A stretch of DNA of 63,729 nucleotides, the filler included, from Octopus bimaculoides (taxonomy: Eukaryota): the NCBI RefSeq assembly GCF_001194135.2. It is 4 parts of 4 records of this genome, joined end to end, with 100 filler letters (N's around TTAATTAATTAA, not from the genome) between each part and the next. Parts side by side here need not be neighbours in the genome. Positions count along the whole stretch, not along the records: positions 55,515 to 63,729 come from NC_068985.1; 3 more parts are not named here. The stretch is one strand, 5' to 3'. Under the pieces are notes generated by a model. It saw nothing but the letters and a program-made list of their open reading frames with translations. It was not told the DNA's origin and searched no databases. Positions 59,483-63,729 of this stretch are shown here, in pieces (positions within the stretch are counted from its first letter, which is position 1; each line of letters opens with the position of its first letter). The position numbers were made by a program, and so were the translations under genes.

Positions 59483-60714
59483 CACAGACATGACAAAAGC
59501 AAATAGACACCTTTATAATCGTTAAAATTTATTTAAATCTGAAATTATAAATTCAAATCATTCATTAATTGTTATTATGTGAATATTTAATGTTTAGTAG
59601 ACATGCCCCTTGCATTTTTCAATGCAAGGACCCTATTAGGCATGTTACTGATCAGATGATGAATATTCTCTTGCCAAGTTTCACGCAGTAATCTCAAAAG
59701 ATCTGGCTTTGAAGATGCTTTCCTTTTCTTTTTCTGAAGTGGCCTACCATTATGCCTCAGAGGTGCTCAATAGGGTTCATATCTGGTGATTGGCTTGGCC
59801 ATGGAAGCTTTTTAATGCCATTCTCATCCAGCAAATCTTCGGAAATTTTAGCCATGTGACAAGGAGCTCAATCTTCCATAAATAAAGAGTCTTCTTTAAT
59901 CATTTCACAACTGGAGAAGATTGGAAGGAGTCATTTCTGCAATATGGACTCATATTTATCCGAGTTTATGTTTCTCTCACACTCCACCAGCTCTGATTGA
60001 CCATTGCTTTAAATTGCTCCCCAGATCATCACAGACTAACTGCCGTGTTTCATTGTTGGCTGCAATCTTTTCACGTCAAATTCTTGATCACAGAGTTTCC
60101 AGACCCACACTTGACCACTGTCAGAAAATACAACAAATCTGGACTCATAGAAGAATATGGCAGTGTCCCAAACTGCTAGTGGCCTCTCCACCATCTCACT
60201 GGCTCAATCTTTTCTCAGCTTGATATTGGTTAGTGGAAGAAGTGGCTTCCTTCTTGGTGCTCTGCCATAGTAATCAAGTTTGTGGAGATACCTGACAGCT
60301 GTTCTGGGACTGACGTCAACGTGTTCTGCCATGTCAGTGGCATTGCAACAAGGTTATCCTCCACACTTCTCTTAACAAAGAGAAAGGTCCTGTCAGAGGG
60401 CCTTCGTCAACCTGGGTGAGATGACTCCTTCCCCTCTCTGGTGAATTGCACAATCACTCTGTTAACTGTAAAAAGCCGGATCCCAAGATTTTCTGCGATT
60501 TTATGCTATGTTCACCTTCTGATTGACCCACAATATGACCTCTTTGAAATTCAGATGGTTCCAAGGCTTCTTTTGTATATGGCATAATTAAACAGTCATA
60601 TAGAGAACCTGAAACATAAAAATGTCCGTTAATAAAAATATTAAACCTTTACAAGTTAGAATAAACATAAAACGAGGTTTTATGGGGTGTCTATTTACTT
60701 CTGTCATTTCTGTG
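59483..60714 (-). mobile_element. Full-length Tc1 (DD34E) element, pseudogenised
   Basis: 29-bp TIRs 26/29 identical, TA left flank (CA right); minus frames give EFQRGHIVG, GRAPRRKPLL, IFFYESRF, SVMIWGAI, FMED*APCH-(34 aa after D)-WPSQSPDMNPIEHL. Confidence 0.92.
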
Positions 60715-61999
60715 CACACACACACACACACACATATATATATGTTCTATGCATATTTGTCTGTGTATTTGTATACATGTATATATGTTGTATAAACGCA
60801 CATACCCACAAGTGTAGGGTTATTGGGAACGACTCCAAAGTTCTGAAGTTTTGTTATATAGAACACACAAGAGATGACTCGCTATCATTTCCATCTCAGA
60901 GATTCTGTTGGTGAAGAACCAAAACTTGGCATGCACCAAGGAATAAATAATAGAACGGCAATATATTGTCAACTGCCAAATATCTAATCAAATGCCTTAT
61001 AAAAATAGAACAACCACCGAAAAAGAAATGCAAAACAAAAATGCTATTTAGCGATCGCATTGTCTTCCTAGAAGCTAATCTGTTTATTTCCTTACTCCTT
61101 CCCACCCCCCAAAAATCAGGAACGTGACTATGGCCTCTGTTGAAGATTGAAATCATCTTATTATGTTTCTATGGAAGATCAGCTGTTTTTAAGAAGTTGT
61201 AATCAGTTTAAGATCGTCGTTAGTGAATAACTGACTTAGCAACTATATGTATACATAAACACACAAGAACATTGAAACAGCTGTAATAAAGCGCCTAAAC
61301 AATAGCAGGATATAGCGAATGCAATGTTATTCTAGCATGATCGCACACACGCGCGCACTCACGTACACATACGTGTATTGTGTGTGTACTATGTAAAATG
61401 TTTCAATATCCTGGGTTTCGGCATCAGGTGTGCCTGGTCTGCTTTTTAAAACGGTGGTGCCCCAGCATGACCGCAGCTTTAAAGCTGAAATAATTTAAAG
61501 AATTAAAGAAAAAATTACGTTACAACTCTTATATTACACAAAATTTATATGTATTGTATATATCTATATAAGCACACATACTACAAACATACAAATGCAC
61601 ACACACATGCATATCTATATATATGTATATGTGTGTGTGTATGGATGGATGTATATGTGCATATCTGTATACATACATACGATGAATTCTATCAACATTT
61701 TCTTTATTTCAGAAATGTTACGTTTCAAAGTTGAGCATTTCTGGTGATATGACATTAATTTGCATTATATAACTAATAATAGCCTTATGTTAATGAGACA
61801 TACGTAAGATGGTGTAACTAGAATATCTTATAAACAATCTCTCATATTTGTGTGTGCGAGTGTGTGCGTGTGTACACATTCTCTTTTTCTAGTTCTATCC
61901 CATTGCTGCGGTCCTGCTGGAGTACCGCTATTACAGTAGATACAGTTTCTTCAGCTCTTCTGTACTTGACTTTTGGAGAATCAGGGAGTTTGAAACTCC

Positions 62000-62600
62000 T
62001 GTCCTCATTTGCGTTTTTGTTTTTGATATAATGTAGATTTATCTGGGTTCTCACTTAGTAGAAGCTTTAGGTGTGTCTTGAATTTATTTCCATATTTTCC
62101 AGATAGATCACTGAAGTGTTTTTTCAGTTTTTTTTTTTTTAGTTGTGGCAAGATATTGGAAAACTGTGAGTACTTGATTTTTAAGCTGTTACAGTATTAT
62201 GTCTTGATTTTTGATGGGAAGCATGGGACCAAACATATTCTGCCATAATGGTTAATGCGATGTGTGATTTTTGATACCAAAGTTTTGATGCTAGCTTTTT
62301 CAGGATCCTCCTTGTTTTGAATGATCTGAGAATCCCTCCCGCTAGTCTTCGAGAGGCTCAAACACTCCACTGAGGTAGTAACGTTGGATTGCTTCTCGTT
62401 ACGTCATGAGTTTCATTCTATTTGTCGATTGCAATTGTGAGCAATAGAAAAGTCGGCTGAGAGTAAAGGTTTTCCACAGAGACCATGGTCTCTTGTTCTG
62501 AATGATCTCAGAATCCATCTAGCTAGTCTTCGACACCTTGCCATTTTTAGTAATATGTGCATGAAATAATACATCAATACTTATCTTAATCCTCTCCAAG
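62000..62600 (-). mobile_element. Older CR1-group LINE fragment related to 43079-43958
   Basis: Reverse complement aligns to 43280-43750 (GATGGATTCTGAGATCATTCAGAAC, GAAGCAATCCAACG); one internal segment is duplicated. Confidence 0.65.
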
Positions 62601-62754
62601 TTATGCACTGACTGTTAATCTAAGATCACCATGCCTTCTAGTCCTGTTTATTTCGACAGCGGTGTGTCCTCGGGTGATAGCAATGTAAATGTAATTTCCA
62701 GCATTAAATATATGCTGCTTTCTTCTTCAACCCAATTGTATATTTCATTTAGAT

Positions 62755-63066
62755 CAGTGTTTCTCGACCATTTTTTAGCTATGGACCCCCTCGATTCCTA
62801 TTTTAAACTTGTGTGGACCCCCTTAGCCATTCGCGGTTTAAAAAATCCTATTGTATTTTTATAATTAAATATTATTAGGACTTGTACAAAAATTGTGAAC
62901 ATATTTTGTGCATTGCGGACGTATAACCAATTTATTGCATATAAACTTTACTGGTCTGAAGCATAGTTTTCTCATGGCCCCTGAAAAATTACCATGACCT
63001 CCAATTTACTATATTACATCCATGGACCCCGCCAAAATCTTATATGGACCCCGGTTGAGGACTCTG
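62755..63066. mobile_element. hAT-type MITE
   Basis: CAGTGTTTCTCGACC..GGTTGAGGACTCTG termini; 8-bp flanks atttagat/aattatat (6/8); repeated subterminal TGGACCCC. Confidence 0.75.
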
Positions 63067-63729
63067 AATTATATGATGCAGCATGTTTGTAACATTATCA
63101 GGATTCTTGATTGCTTATGATACTTCCATGCCATCAGTATAGCAGCTAGTGAGTGTGACTGTCACTATAACTGAAAGTATGCCGGAGAAAACCCATTACG
63201 AAAAGCAAAGCCTCAAGAACGATTCTGCTCTAAATTAATATTTCCTTTCAGATAGCACCGTGGGCTACAACTGCTTGATTCTTACCTTCTCTAAAGACAT
63301 GTGGTCACAAAGTTCGAGTGCACAGCTGTGTGATATCTCTACCATGATTTCTCTTTCCTCTCGGAACTAAAGATCATATACTTTGGTATACCGTTAGTAG
63401 ATATGACGTCAAAGGTAGCGCATATGAAGAGAAGGGGTAAAAAAATCAATAAGGAGAAATATAGAGTGATATGTGAGTTAAATATCTCCTAACGGTTTTT
63501 AAAAAAATACTTAATAGCGTTCTGTTCATCATTTACACAGTCATCACATTTGTTAAAATGTCTTATTGTTTGAGGATGTTTCTCTTTCTTTCCCTGATGA
63601 GATGATTACATTATTTTATACCATTTATTCCTTTGGAATAATACCAATGTTGTCTTCGAAACATCTGTCGAAAGTAAAAGAATTTGAGTAACACCTGCGT
63701 TTAACTCTATTTATTCATTTATACTATAC

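Noticed and set aside
61842-62054. 70-aa minus-strand ORF as a candidate first homeobox exon
   Set aside because: No RKPRQAYS-like or helix-1 motif; it overlaps a CR1 relic and ends in a microsatellite.

Overview
AT-rich, intron- and repeat-dominated animal genomic DNA from a gapped draft assembly. The SINE families, microsatellite load and gene style point to a coleoid cephalopod, most likely Octopus (inference, not searched). No prokaryotic systems, CRISPR arrays, rRNA genes or true tRNA genes were found. Two host genes can be read by eye, both on the minus strand. (1) An NKL-class homeobox gene of the Abox/ceh-19/CG34031 type: two exons at 40078-39984 and 34457-34250 splice to [32 protein letters not shown]|TKWKKQLASRLKLAQRQG; the helix-1 exon is not visible. 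(2) The last four coding exons of an unidentified protein (30604-21021), with matching splice phases, inside a visibly CpG-depleted block. The rest is a layered transposon graveyard: several tRNA-derived SINE families, RTE, CR1/L2-like and R4/Dong LINE fragments, Penelope-like relics with hammerhead-core motifs, four Tc1/mariner lineages, hAT/Charlie relics, MITEs and Helitron-like ends. Most ORFs in the supplied track are microsatellite or N-gap artefacts. The best leads are: a Dong element sitting in the (TTA)n tract of the homeobox splice acceptor; an orphan exon at 41315-41457; a minisatellite built from Rel/NF-kB-like sites; permuted hammerhead-core halves; a covarying stem-loop shared by LINE and SINE tails; a 105-bp intronic foldback; and a MITE carrying telomere repeats. 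None is proven to be a new biological system.
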